A stretch of DNA of 64,000 nucleotides, taken from contig CAZQZS010000001.1 of the NCBI GenBank assembly GCA_964597895.1, positions 81,008-145,007 of the forward strand, in the 5' to 3' direction. Positions 6,970-16,689 of this stretch are shown piece by piece; position 1 is the stretch's first letter; each line of letters begins with the position of its first letter. Below the pieces are notes generated by a model. The model ran no database searches. It had not been told where the DNA came from and worked only from the letters and a program-made list of their open reading frames with translations. The DNA is from an uncultured Candidatus Saccharibacteria bacterium. Its GTDB lineage: Bacteria > Patescibacteriota > Doudnabacteria > UBA920. The translations under genes and the position numbers were made by a program.

Positions 6970-9204
6970 ATGTCTTTATTTAAGAAAATTGCTGTTGGTG
7001 TATCTACAGTAGCTCTTCCTGCCTCTATGTTTTTTGGCAGCGCTGCTGTAACCAAGGCTGCTACTGCTGGTGGAGTTTACTCTACCCCAGACGGTACCGT
7101 ATGGTTCGTCACTAAGGATATGCAGAAGCGTCCTTTCACTAGCGCAGGTGCTTTCTTGAGCTATGGTTTCTTAAACTTCTCTCAAGTTACCCCAGCTGAC
7201 GCTAGCGTAACCGCTTTGCCTACTGGTAGCTTCATCGCTCCAGCTGACGGCAAAATCTTCTGTGCTACCGAAACCAAAGGTACTGACGTAGCCGGAGAAT
7301 GTGCTCTAATCACTGGAAGCAAGAAAGCTTCCTTTACCTCTGCTGCTGTATTCGCAGCACAAGGCCACAGTTTTGCCCGCGCAATGTATGGTGACTCTTC
7401 CTTCTTGGAAAAGACCTCTAACATCAGCGACGGCAGTGCTGCTCACCTTCCAGGTGTGTTAGTAAACAACGGCGGCACCGTTCAAATGGTTGTCTCCGGT
7501 GGTCTATGGGGTATCCCATCTCAAGATGTGTTCAACTCTTGGGGCTACAACTTTGCTGACGTAGTACCTGCAAACTCTGCAGATACCGCTAAGAGCCAAG
7601 TTGGTGTAATCCCAGCTCGTATGGCTGGCGAACTCGTTCCTACTGGTACTACCGGTGGAACTCCTGGTCCATCTGATTGTAACGTTGACGGCGTAGCTGG
7701 TGACGTAACTATCACTTTGGGTAATGAATACTCTGATGAAGAAGTTGGTGAAGGCCAAGAAGAAGTACCAGTAATGGACTTCGATGTTGAAGCTGATGAT
7801 GATTCAGATGTAGCCGTTACTTCTGTAAAGGTTGAATTAGAACAGACTAACGCTGCTGACTCTGACGACATCACTGATTACATCGACGAAGTTGTAATTA
7901 TGTTTGGTGACGAAGTAGTAGGTTCTGCTGATGCAGACGACTTCTCCGAAAACAATGACCGTTACAGCAAGTCCATTTCTTTGGACGATTGTGTAATCGT
8001 TGATGCTGGTGAAGAAGAAACCTTCACTGTTGCTATCACTGCATTAGAATCTTTGGATTCTGCTGACATTGATACCGATGTTTGGGATGTAGAATTAGAC
8101 TCTCTCCGTTTCGAAGACGGTGATGGTGTAACTACTACCGAAACTCCAGCTGCTGACGCAATTGACCGTGCATTTGATTTCGGTACTTTTGCTGCAGTAA
8201 ACGATGTTGAATTGACTATTGCCCTCGCTGATTCAGACGAAGGCGATGCTATCAATGACGCACACGTTATCGACATCGATGAATCTTCTGATACTGACGA
8301 TGTAGAAATTTTATCTTTCACCATGGAAGCTACTGGCGACTCTGACATTAATGTCACCGAAATTCCAGTAACTATTACTACCACTGGTGAAACTGATGAA
8401 GCTGTATTGTTAATCAACGCCACTCTTTGGATGGATGGTGAAGAACTAGCTTCTGAAGATGTACCAACTGGCGGTGCTGTAACCTTCGAAGACCTTGACA
8501 TTGATGTAGAGGCTGACGAAGAAGTTGAGCTCGTAGTTGCAGTTAGCATTCAAGACACTGACGGTGCAGCTGACAATGGCGACACCGTACAAGCTTCCGT
8601 TACCAGTGGTAACGTTGATGCTATTGAAGCTGAAGACGAAACTGGCGAAGATGTAGCTACTACTGACCTCGAAGGTTCTGCAGTAGGCGACACCCATGCC
8701 GTTTACGATGCTGGTATCATGGTTGATTTCGTTTCTGCAGAAGCAGAACGTACTTTCACCGCTGACGCAGCGACTGAAGATGATCAAGGTACTTATGAAA
8801 TCGTATTTGAAGTAACTGCCTTTGACGGCGACGCTTACATCGACACTTCTTGTGAAGATGACAACGGCGCTGACGCAGCTGGTCAAGGTACAGTATTTGA
8901 TATTAACTCATCTGCTGGTACCCCAACCGGTGGCAGCACATGTCTAGTAGACGCTGCAGGAACCGTAACTGGTGATGTAGTAGGTACTTCTTGGCGTGTA
9001 ATTGAAGGTCAGACTCGTGAATTTACTTTCACAGTAACATTGACCGCTGACTCTACCCCAACCGATGGCAATCACCAAGTTATCTTGGAATCCATCAACT
9101 GGGATAATGAAGCTGGCGGTGTAGATGCTACTCCTGACTTCTTCTACAACTTCAACATGGATGACTTCAAGACTCCATACCTGTTCTTGAACGGTATCGC
9201 GTAA
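6970..9204 (+). CDS. secreted acidic (D/E/T-rich) surface protein, paralogue A
   Basis: 744 aa, signal peptide, conserved N-terminal about 200 aa identical to paralogue B, highly acidic variable C-terminal region. Confidence 0.7.
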   Translation: MSLFKKIAVGVSTVALPASMFFGSAAVTKAATAGGVYSTPDGTVWFVTKDMQKRPFTSAGAFLSYGFLNFSQVTPADASVTALPTGSFIAPADGKIFCATETKGTDVAGECALITGSKKASFTSAAVFAAQGHSFARAMYGDSSFLEKTSNISDGSAAHLPGVLVNNGGTVQMVVSGGLWGIPSQDVFNSWGYNFADVVPANSADTAKSQVGVIPARMAGELVPTGTTGGTPGPSDCNVDGVAGDVTITLGNEYSDEEVGEGQEEVPVMDFDVEADDDSDVAVTSVKVELEQTNAADSDDITDYIDEVVIMFGDEVVGSADADDFSENNDRYSKSISLDDCVIVDAGEEETFTVAITALESLDSADIDTDVWDVELDSLRFEDGDGVTTTETPAADAIDRAFDFGTFAAVNDVELTIALADSDEGDAINDAHVIDIDESSDTDDVEILSFTMEATGDSDINVTEIPVTITTTGETDEAVLLINATLWMDGEELASEDVPTGGAVTFEDLDIDVEADEEVELVVAVSIQDTDGAADNGDTVQASVTSGNVDAIEAEDETGEDVATTDLEGSAVGDTHAVYDAGIMVDFVSAEAERTFTADAATEDDQGTYEIVFEVTAFDGDAYIDTSCEDDNGADAAGQGTVFDINSSAGTPTGGSTCLVDAAGTVTGDVVGTSWRVIEGQTREFTFTVTLTADSTPTDGNHQVILESINWDNEAGGVDATPDFFYNFNMDDFKTPYLFLNGIA

Positions 9205-9256
9205 TTGATTCATCTATCGCCAATAGCGAACCTAATCTGCTAATGGCATAGTTGTA

Positions 9257-9284
9257 CAAAACCCCGCCCGAAGGCGGGGTTTTG
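9257..9284. terminator. bidirectional rho-independent terminator between convergent genes
   Basis: aaaaccccgcc-cgaa-ggcggggtttt. Confidence 0.55.
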
Positions 9285-9315
9285 TTTTGCCTGCTAAGCA
9301 CCATGCGAGGCAGGT

Positions 9316-10149
9316 TTATTCATACTCTTCGCTGTATTGATCAGCGAGGATAGATATTTTAGCGTCAAGAATTTTCTGTAAGGCCTCATCATAGTCTGCT
9401 CCATCCATTTCGTCTATAGCTTGTTCAAGTAATAGCTCTTCTTCCTGGGTTAACTCTGTATCTTTACTGAGTTCTACAACATCATTTATTTCGGATTCAA
9501 CTAACTGTTTTTGCTCAGTTTCGTTCGCACTTTCGATAAACATATCCAGCTCATTTTCTATCTCTATATCTATGGTTTGTTCGGCTAAGGCGATATCTTG
9601 GCTTTCTGTTCCTGCTTCGGAAAATAATTCATCCTGAGCATCTAATATGGCTGCCACTTCCACTAGCTGATCAATTTGTAAAGAAGGGGATTGTTCCGAT
9701 TCATTTAATACTACCTCCAGAGCATAATCTTCTATATTTTCGGAAATATAGCTCAGAGTTTCTGAATCCAGCTGCTCTGGTGAAGAGTTTTGCAATTCAT
9801 TTAGCCTTTCGTGAAGTCTTTCAGTAGCAAATTCGTTTTGCTCCTGCCACGGGGAGGTGAGCAGTTCTTCTGCAGGCTCAATTATCATAATTTCTACTCC
9901 ATAAAGCCAACCGCCGGGTCGGCTATTTTGAGCTGCATATGTGAGCGGGGTGGCAATTAATATTAGCAAGAGTGCTACGCTCACAGGCATAGCCACTTTG
10001 CTCTGCAGAAGCTGATGAATTAAGTGACTAATCCCGCTTGGCTGGGCTTTATCGCTCCCAATCACAGCAGTCAGCATTTGTTCCTTTTCCTTGGCCGACA
10101 GCCTAGTTTGATTGGCTTGTTCTGTAAATTTTTGTAATGGGTCAGTCAT
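9316..10149 (-). CDS. putative anti-sigma factor (single TM, acidic extracytoplasmic domain)
   Basis: Overlaps ECF sigma gene by 8 nt (translational coupling); short N-terminal cytoplasmic region, one TM helix, acidic C-terminal domain. Confidence 0.5.
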   Translation of the reverse strand: MTDPLQKFTEQANQTRLSAKEKEQMLTAVIGSDKAQPSGISHLIHQLLQSKVAMPVSVALLLILIATPLTYAAQNSRPGGWLYGVEIMIIEPAEELLTSPWQEQNEFATERLHERLNELQNSSPEQLDSETLSYISENIEDYALEVVLNESEQSPSLQIDQLVEVAAILDAQDELFSEAGTESQDIALAEQTIDIEIENELDMFIESANETEQKQLVESEINDVVELSKDTELTQEEELLLEQAIDEMDGADYDEALQKILDAKISILADQYSEEYE

Positions 10150-10627
10150 AAATTTTTTTAATCTTCTCTAGTCCTCGTTTGATTTGCACCGAGACTGTAT
10201 TTTCTTTGCGGTTAAGTATTTGGGCAATTTCTTGAACTTGCATACCTTCTACATACCTCATAAGTAGCACATCTCTGTATTGTGGATCGATAGATCTAAT
10301 TTTTTCCAGCACTTCATTTTGAAAGACTATTTCCGAGACATTGGCTTTCTGGTCGGGGATGTCGAAGCCAGTATCTAGTAGTTGGTTAAGGGAAATCTCT
10401 TTATTACCTTTGCGGATTTCGTTGATAAAAATGTTCGCCGCGCTACGATAGAGGAAAGCTTTAGGGTGCTCCACGGCATTTCCCTTTTGCAGATACTGCC
10501 AGAAGTTGGAGAAGACATCTTGGGTTAGCTCTTTGGCCCTTTCCCGGTTCGCTAATTTAAAATACAGATACCGAAATATAGCATCTGCGAATTCGTGATA
10601 GATCTTTTCGAATTCTGCTTGGTCCAA
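10142..10627 (-). CDS. ECF-family RNA polymerase sigma factor (sigma-70 regions 2 and 4)
   Basis: 161 aa with sigma-70 region 2/4-like sequence (LLMRYVEGMQVQEIAQILNRKENTVSVQIKRGLEKIKK); TTG start with RBS aaggag. Confidence 0.8.
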   Translation of the reverse strand: MDQAEFEKIYHEFADAIFRYLYFKLANRERAKELTQDVFSNFWQYLQKGNAVEHPKAFLYRSAANIFINEIRKGNKEISLNQLLDTGFDIPDQKANVSEIVFQNEVLEKIRSIDPQYRDVLLMRYVEGMQVQEIAQILNRKENTVSVQIKRGLEKIKKIYD

Positions 10628-11010
10628 CCCGTCTCCTTTATGAAAATAAAAATCCGCTTATTTCCGGATGATTTTTATTGTCAGATTTTCCGGTTTTCTG
10701 TGTCTTTAATTACAGAGGCGGACTTCCGCTTACATAAATCAAGACGTGTTTTGGCTGGGTGTGTTACTTCGCGCTCATTATAACTCACTAATGTATTTCT
10801 GTTAAGTTTGCCGTCCGCCTCTATCTAAATCTTGTTGACTTGTCAGGGGCATACGGATCACCGGACATAGCTGGTGATTGGTCGTGCGTATGTGTTCATT
10901 ACTTTGTCTGCACAAGCAATAAGCAAGAGAGTATAAAGTTTTTGCGATAACTCTAGATAGTCGCTAATTCATTAATATTCTGTTGAGTAATTAATTATGT
11001 TTTCTATAAT

Positions 11011-11040
11011 TATTGATTGTCGCAATTGAGCAATCAATTA
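11011..11040. promoter_or_regulatory. palindromic operator-like site upstream of paralogue B
   Basis: TTATTGATTGTCGCAATTGAGCAATCAATT; inverted repeat ttgattg/caatcaa; TATAAT immediately upstream (11004-11009). Confidence 0.4.
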
Positions 11041-11095
11041 TGAAGACCCTCTAACTTTTGGAAGAGGGTCGCAGTTATAGAAAACGGAGTATCTC

Positions 11096-13342
11096 ATGAA
11101 AACTTTTTTAAGTAAAATAGTAACTGGTTTTTCTGTTGTTGCTTTATCTGCAACAATGTTGGTTATGCCGGCTGCTGTAACCAAGGCTGCTACTGCTGGT
11201 GGAGTTTACTCTACCCCAGACGGTACCGTATGGTTCGTCACTAAGGATATGCAGAAGCGTCCTTTCACTAGCGCAGGTGCTTTCTTGAGCTATGGTTTCT
11301 TAAACTTCTCTCAAGTTACCCCAGCTGACGCTAGCGTAACCGCTTTGCCTACTGGTAGCTTCATCGCTCCAGCTGACGGCAAAATCTTCTGTGCTACCGA
11401 AACCAAAGGTACTGACGTAGCCGGAGAATGTGCTCTAATCACTGGAAGCAAGAAAGCTTCCTTTACCTCTGCTGCTGTATTCGCAGCACAAGGCCACAGT
11501 TTTGCCCGCGCAATGTATGGTGACTCTTCCTTCTTGGAAAAGACCTCTAACATCAGCGACGGCAGTGCTGCTCACCTTCCAGGTGTGTTAGTAAACAACG
11601 GCGGCACCGTTCAAATGGTTGTCTCCGGTGGTCTATGGGGTATCCCATCTATTGATGTATTCAATTCTTGGGGCTACAACTTTGCTGACGTAGTACCTGC
11701 AAACTCTGCAGACTTAGTTAAAGAACAAATTGGTGTGATTCCTGCCCGCCAAGCTGGTGAATTAGTGCCGACTGGCCTTACTGGCGGTCCAACTCCTGGT
11801 CCAAAGGATTGTAATTTGGATGGCTCTGCCGGCTCAATTGACGTGGAATCTTCATCCATTTACAGCAATGAAGAAGTGGGCGAAGGGCAAGAAGAAGTTC
11901 CTGTAATGGCCTTCCGTGTAGAAGCTGATAACGATTCCGACATTGAAATCCGCTCTATCCGTGTTGCTTTGGAACACACTGGTTCTGGATCTCAGGACTT
12001 AGACGATTACGCAACCGAAATCACTGTTTGGCAAGGCGATGATATGGTAGGTTCTGCAGATGTTGATGAATTCACCGAGAATAATGACATCTTTACCAAG
12101 ACCATTAACTTGGATTGTGCAGTGATTGATGCAGACGAAACTGAGGAATTCTCGGTAGCTGTTTCTGCATTGCGCAACATTGACTCCAATGATTTGGATG
12201 AAGTTTGGAACATTGACGTGACCAGCATCCGCTTTATGGATGGTGACGGCGTGACCACTACTGAATCCCAGTCTGGCCTGGATCAAGACTTTACTTTTGT
12301 GGATTTTGTCACTGCTGCTGACGTTGAACTTCGCGTTGCTCTTAATGACGACGAGGAAGACATCAATGACGCGCATAACATCTTGGTAGATGAAGACACC
12401 ACCACCAAGAATGAGCCAGTATTGGCATTCACCTTGGAAGCTCGTGGTGATTCTGACATCACTGTGGATGAAATCCCAGTGTTGTTGACCACTGATGACG
12501 ATGATATGGATTCTGTAGCAACTACTGCTCATCTTTATCAGGGTACGACAAAGTTGAGTACAGAAACAATTACTAGCAGCAATACTGACCATGACAATGA
12601 TGCTCAAACTGCTCTGGTTATCTTCGATGATCTCGACTTTGACATCGACGCAGGCGATAAGGAAGAGTTCCAGGTTCGCTTGGATTTTGCCCGCCGCACT
12701 GTAAGCACTTATGCTGAAGGTACTACCGTCCGTGCAGAAATCACTAGCGCCTTGGCTGATTCTGACTTGGAAGCCGAAGACGAAGAAGGTAATGATTTGA
12801 GCTCTAGTGAAATCAGTGGTTCTGCTCTAGGTGAAGACCACTCCTTGTTTACCCAAGGTATTCAGGTAGAAGTAACTTCTAAGCAAACCAATGTTAACAC
12901 TAACGACGGAGCAGACAACGATTCTGTGGAGTTCGTTTGGGAAGTTACCATTACCAACATTGGTGATGAAGATGTATTCATCAATGCCGACAATGCCGAT
13001 GTAGTATCTAGTGATACTGCAGCAGATGTTGACACTTTGTACGCATCTGAGGACGGTGCAGCAACTCTTGGTAGTTTCAGTGGTACAATCACTGATGAAA
13101 ATGCAACCGAGTCTACCGCTAGTGCCGGCAACTTTAATGGTGAAGTGTTCTACAAGATCGCTGCTGGCGGTTCGGAAGACTTTACCATCACCGTGACTGC
13201 GACTAACAGCGCAGGTGCAGGTCAGGTTCGTGGTTGGTTGACTGCCATCGAATGGACAACCAACATTAATGGTGGGGTAGCTGAGTCTTATACCGCTAAT
13301 CTGGTTCAAGATTCACGCACACCATTCAAGCTGGTAAACTAA
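11096..13342 (+). CDS. secreted acidic surface protein, paralogue B
   Basis: 748 aa; DNA 11171-11650 is 100% identical to 7042-7521, then the sequences diverge. Confidence 0.7.
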   Translation: MKTFLSKIVTGFSVVALSATMLVMPAAVTKAATAGGVYSTPDGTVWFVTKDMQKRPFTSAGAFLSYGFLNFSQVTPADASVTALPTGSFIAPADGKIFCATETKGTDVAGECALITGSKKASFTSAAVFAAQGHSFARAMYGDSSFLEKTSNISDGSAAHLPGVLVNNGGTVQMVVSGGLWGIPSIDVFNSWGYNFADVVPANSADLVKEQIGVIPARQAGELVPTGLTGGPTPGPKDCNLDGSAGSIDVESSSIYSNEEVGEGQEEVPVMAFRVEADNDSDIEIRSIRVALEHTGSGSQDLDDYATEITVWQGDDMVGSADVDEFTENNDIFTKTINLDCAVIDADETEEFSVAVSALRNIDSNDLDEVWNIDVTSIRFMDGDGVTTTESQSGLDQDFTFVDFVTAADVELRVALNDDEEDINDAHNILVDEDTTTKNEPVLAFTLEARGDSDITVDEIPVLLTTDDDDMDSVATTAHLYQGTTKLSTETITSSNTDHDNDAQTALVIFDDLDFDIDAGDKEEFQVRLDFARRTVSTYAEGTTVRAEITSALADSDLEAEDEEGNDLSSSEISGSALGEDHSLFTQGIQVEVTSKQTNVNTNDGADNDSVEFVWEVTITNIGDEDVFINADNADVVSSDTAADVDTLYASEDGAATLGSFSGTITDENATESTASAGNFNGEVFYKIAAGGSEDFTITVTATNSAGAGQVRGWLTAIEWTTNINGGVAESYTANLVQDSRTPFKLVN

Positions 13343-13378
13343 GCTCTATCTGTTGAGCTAGCTCCCTAGCTTTTGTAT

Positions 13379-13432
13379 AAACCCCGCATTAGGTTTGGCA
13401 AGTTTGCGGCCTAAGCGGGGTTTTACTTTTTC
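13379..13432 (+). terminator. long-stem terminator hairpin
   Basis: ccccgc...gcgggg stem followed by ttttactttttcg. Confidence 0.4.
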
Positions 13433-13505
13433 GTTTATAATTAAGGCAGAAAACATTTTCTAAAAAGTGTTACATTTTTTGCTCAGTGCAGTTATAATAG
13501 TTAGT

Positions 13506-14162
13506 ATGGAACCACAATCAAACATTCAAAATAATTCAAACAACCAAAATAATCTCACCAAGGATTTGCCAAACAAGAGTTTCTTGTCTCGGTATTTTTG
13601 GCCGTTAATTTTAATCTTGATTATTGCCTTGGCTACAGGCTATTGGCTTAGCCAGAAGGATCGGGCAACTGACCCAGATCTAAGTCTTTCACCAAACGAA
13701 GTTGAACAGCTGCCAGCTGATCAGCAGAAGGGTGTATTAGAAAAGCAGTTACAAGATTTATTGGGGCAGGAAAAAGCTCTAACATCAGAGTCAGACCGCG
13801 GCGATAGATTCACAGTTTACATTCAACTTGGCGAAGTTTATACAGCCTTAGGGCGTCACGATGAAGCTTTGGCTGTATTAGACAAGCTTAAAGAAGAGCG
13901 CAGTGGCAATACTCGGCTTTGGATGACCTATGCCCAGGTATATAAAAACAAGAATAGCTTGCCAGAAGCACGTGCTAATGTGCGTATGGCTTTAGATATT
14001 GATCCAGAGTTAGCCCAGAACTGGCTGTTTATGCTTGGCATCCTTGAGGATTTAGATAAACCAAGCCAGGAGAGTATTTATAAGGAAGCCCTGCAGCGAA
14101 GTGGTAACCTACCAGAAATACAAGCAGCATATCAAGCTTGGCAGCAAAGTAATCAACAATAA
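13506..14162 (+). CDS. membrane-anchored TPR-like repeat protein
   Basis: ORF 13467-14162; TATAAT at 13493-13498 lies 7 nt before ATG 13506, so the shorter, possibly leaderless start is preferred; one TM helix then helical repeats. Confidence 0.4.
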   Translation: MEPQSNIQNNSNNQNNLTKDLPNKSFLSRYFWPLILILIIALATGYWLSQKDRATDPDLSLSPNEVEQLPADQQKGVLEKQLQDLLGQEKALTSESDRGDRFTVYIQLGEVYTALGRHDEALAVLDKLKEERSGNTRLWMTYAQVYKNKNSLPEARANVRMALDIDPELAQNWLFMLGILEDLDKPSQESIYKEALQRSGNLPEIQAAYQAWQQSNQQ

Positions 14163-14877
14163 ACAAAACCGCCTTCTAGCAGTTTTTCGCTATTTGGTTT
14201 CTTGAGAAATTTTTCAGTAAATCTTGTTCCCAAAAATACATTGACTCAAGCCTGCTCTGAAGGCTAGAATAAATTACTAACCAACTTTTGAATGCTAACG
14301 AATCAAGATATTGAAAAATTAAAAAGCGTTTTTGCTACCAAAGAGGATTTTGGTATTTTCGCAACCAAAGACGACTTTAAATATCTAAAAATCAAAATTA
14401 ATGGCATAGATTCCAAACTTTTGAAGCTTAGAGAGGAAATAAAGAGCATCGGGTAAAGAGACATAGAAGATATCACCGCTTTATCAAAAAGTATTTTGAA
14501 TCATGAGGGTCGTATTAAGATATTGGAGCGTCGGGTCAGACGCGGAATAAAGAGATCAGTATAAACTGCCATTTAGCTGTTTTTTTACATGATATTTATA
14601 ATAAAAATAATTTTTTTGTAGTTTGTATCGTGCAGGTATTGTAGTAGCTGGTATAATCAATTTCATAGGAATTAATTTAAATCATATGACTATAAAAAAG
14701 TGTGATGTGTGCCAAAATGATATTCCAGATAAGTCCTGGTTTTCAGTATCAATCCGTTCCATAGCTATCTTTTATGATTTATGTGATGAATGTAGTAAAC
14801 CTATCAAAGACTATTTGTTTGAAAATAATTTATCTTTAGAAAGATAGTATCGACATTTGGAAAAAGATAACTAAATA

Positions 14878-14886
14878 TGTTATAAT
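14878..14886 (+). promoter_or_regulatory. extended -10 element (TGTTATAAT) upstream of pilB
   Basis: Read directly; about 60 nt upstream of pilB start. Confidence 0.35.
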
Positions 14887-14944
14887 TTAGTCATAAATTC
14901 GCGCACAGGGCGGGAAAATTTTAGAGTTAGAAACCCAAACAAAA

Positions 14945-16687
14945 ATGGTTACAGCTGAGCTCAATCAGCTCCTCAAAAAAAAGCGCATTGTTTCCAGTTC
15001 TGCTTTAACTAAGCTGGAAAAAGAATTCTCTGGACTCAAGCAGCCTATGGCTTGGGAAGATTTTTTGTTGGAGCAAAAAGCTCTCACCGAAGACCAGCTT
15101 CTTAAAGTCAAAGCCGAGGAGTTTGGGGTAGAAATTGTTGATTTGCATGATAAAGATCTTGCTGAATCTGTGCTCAATATGGTTCCCGAACCAATCGCGC
15201 GACGACACCACGTGATTAGTTTTGCCAAAACCAAGAATGAGCTGTCTTTGGCCATGACGGACCCAAGCGACTTGCAAACTAAAGAATTTATAAAAAAGAA
15301 AACCGGCTTGGACATTAAAGTTTTTTTGATCGGCAAGAGTTCGCTTGATCACGGTCTGTCAAAGTATCACACCAACTTAGAAGGCGAAATCAAGCACATG
15401 GTTGATGAGGGCAAGCCTGACGCAGCCGGCGGTACAGATGAAGTTGGTGATGAGCTAAAAAAAATGGCTCAAGAGATTCCGATTATCCGCGTGGTGGACA
15501 CTTTGTTGGAATATGCCGTAATCGAAAAAGCTTCCGATATTCATATTGAGCCACAAGAAACTGCAGTGGTCGTGCGATATCGTATTGACGGCGTACTTCA
15601 TGATGTCATGACTTTGCCTAAGCCAATTCAGGCGGCGCTGGTTGCGCGCATAAAGGTGTTGGCAAACCTTAAAATAGACGAACACCGTTTGCCGCAAGAC
15701 GGCCGCTATAAAATAGAAAAAGACGGTTATAAGTTTTCTTTGCGTATTTCTACGATTCCGATTTTTGATGGTGAAAAAGTTGTAATTCGGTTACTGGATG
15801 AATCCACCAAAGCTATGAACTTGGAGCAGTTGGGTTTCTTAAAGGAGCAGTTGGATATTGTCACCCGGAATATCAAAAAGCCTCATGGCATGATGCTAAT
15901 TACCGGTCCAACTGGAAGCGGTAAATCTACGTCTTTGTATGCTATCTTGACTATCCTTAACACTAAAACTGTTAACATTTCTACCATTGAAGACCCTGTG
16001 GAATATCGTATTGTCGGTGCGAATCAGATGCAGGTCAACCCAAAAATTGGCCTGACCTTTGCTGTAGGATTGCGCGCTTTGCTTCGCCAAGATCCGAACA
16101 TTATTATGATAGGTGAAATTCGCGACCAAGAAACTGCCGAAGAGGCCATGCATGCGGCCATGACCGGGCATATCGTGCTGTCTACGTTACACACTAATTC
16201 GGCCGCCGCTGCTCCACCGCGCCTAATTGATATTGGGATTGAACCTTACCTGATCGCTTCTACTACCAACGCCATCATGGCCCAGCGTTTGGTCCGTGTT
16301 ATTTGTCCTGATTGCAAAGCCGAAGAAAAGCCTGATCCTGCTACGTTTGAATCTTTGGGTAAGCAGTTTAACTTAGACGCCTTAATGTCAGTGTTGGCCC
16401 GCTTAGGCTTGTCTGGTTCGGCTAAGTCTCTTGCAGACATGCCGTTTTATGTTGGCAAAGGCTGTGAAAAATGCGGCAACACCGGCTATAAGGGTCGTAT
16501 CGGTGTTCATGAAATTTTAGAAAATACTCCAGAAATTGAAGATCTAATCGTAAAGCGTGCTACAGCGCAAGATATCGAGGTTGCCGCAGTTAAAAACGGC
16601 ATGATTACCATGTGGCAGGACGCCTTTATTAAAGCCGTGCAGGGCCAGACCACCATAGAAGAAATTCTGCGCGTAACCAAAGAATAA
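14945..16687 (+). CDS. pilB: type IV pilus assembly ATPase PilB (GspE family)
   Basis: 580 aa, Walker A GPTGSGKST, GspE N-terminal domain, tetracysteine motif. Confidence 0.85.
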   Translation: MVTAELNQLLKKKRIVSSSALTKLEKEFSGLKQPMAWEDFLLEQKALTEDQLLKVKAEEFGVEIVDLHDKDLAESVLNMVPEPIARRHHVISFAKTKNELSLAMTDPSDLQTKEFIKKKTGLDIKVFLIGKSSLDHGLSKYHTNLEGEIKHMVDEGKPDAAGGTDEVGDELKKMAQEIPIIRVVDTLLEYAVIEKASDIHIEPQETAVVVRYRIDGVLHDVMTLPKPIQAALVARIKVLANLKIDEHRLPQDGRYKIEKDGYKFSLRISTIPIFDGEKVVIRLLDESTKAMNLEQLGFLKEQLDIVTRNIKKPHGMMLITGPTGSGKSTSLYAILTILNTKTVNISTIEDPVEYRIVGANQMQVNPKIGLTFAVGLRALLRQDPNIIMIGEIRDQETAEEAMHAAMTGHIVLSTLHTNSAAAAPPRLIDIGIEPYLIASTTNAIMAQRLVRVICPDCKAEEKPDPATFESLGKQFNLDALMSVLARLGLSGSAKSLADMPFYVGKGCEKCGNTGYKGRIGVHEILENTPEIEDLIVKRATAQDIEVAAVKNGMITMWQDAFIKAVQGQTTIEEILRVTKE

Positions 16688-16689
16688 GC

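Noticed and set aside
7182-13309. Numerous minus-strand ORFs inside the two acidic surface-protein genes (e.g. 7962-8549, 11999-12607, 12827-13309)
   Set aside because: They are antisense frames in biased-composition (GAx/GAT-rich) coding sequence. The plus-strand genes have signal peptides, RBSs and paralogous conservation.
14292-14847. Small ORFs in the AT-rich region upstream of pilB, including a 4-Cys zinc-ribbon-like 74-aa ORF at 14623-14847
   Set aside because: The AT-rich context produces many short ORFs by chance, with weak RBSs and no recognisable homologues. I left them unannotated rather than over-calling.
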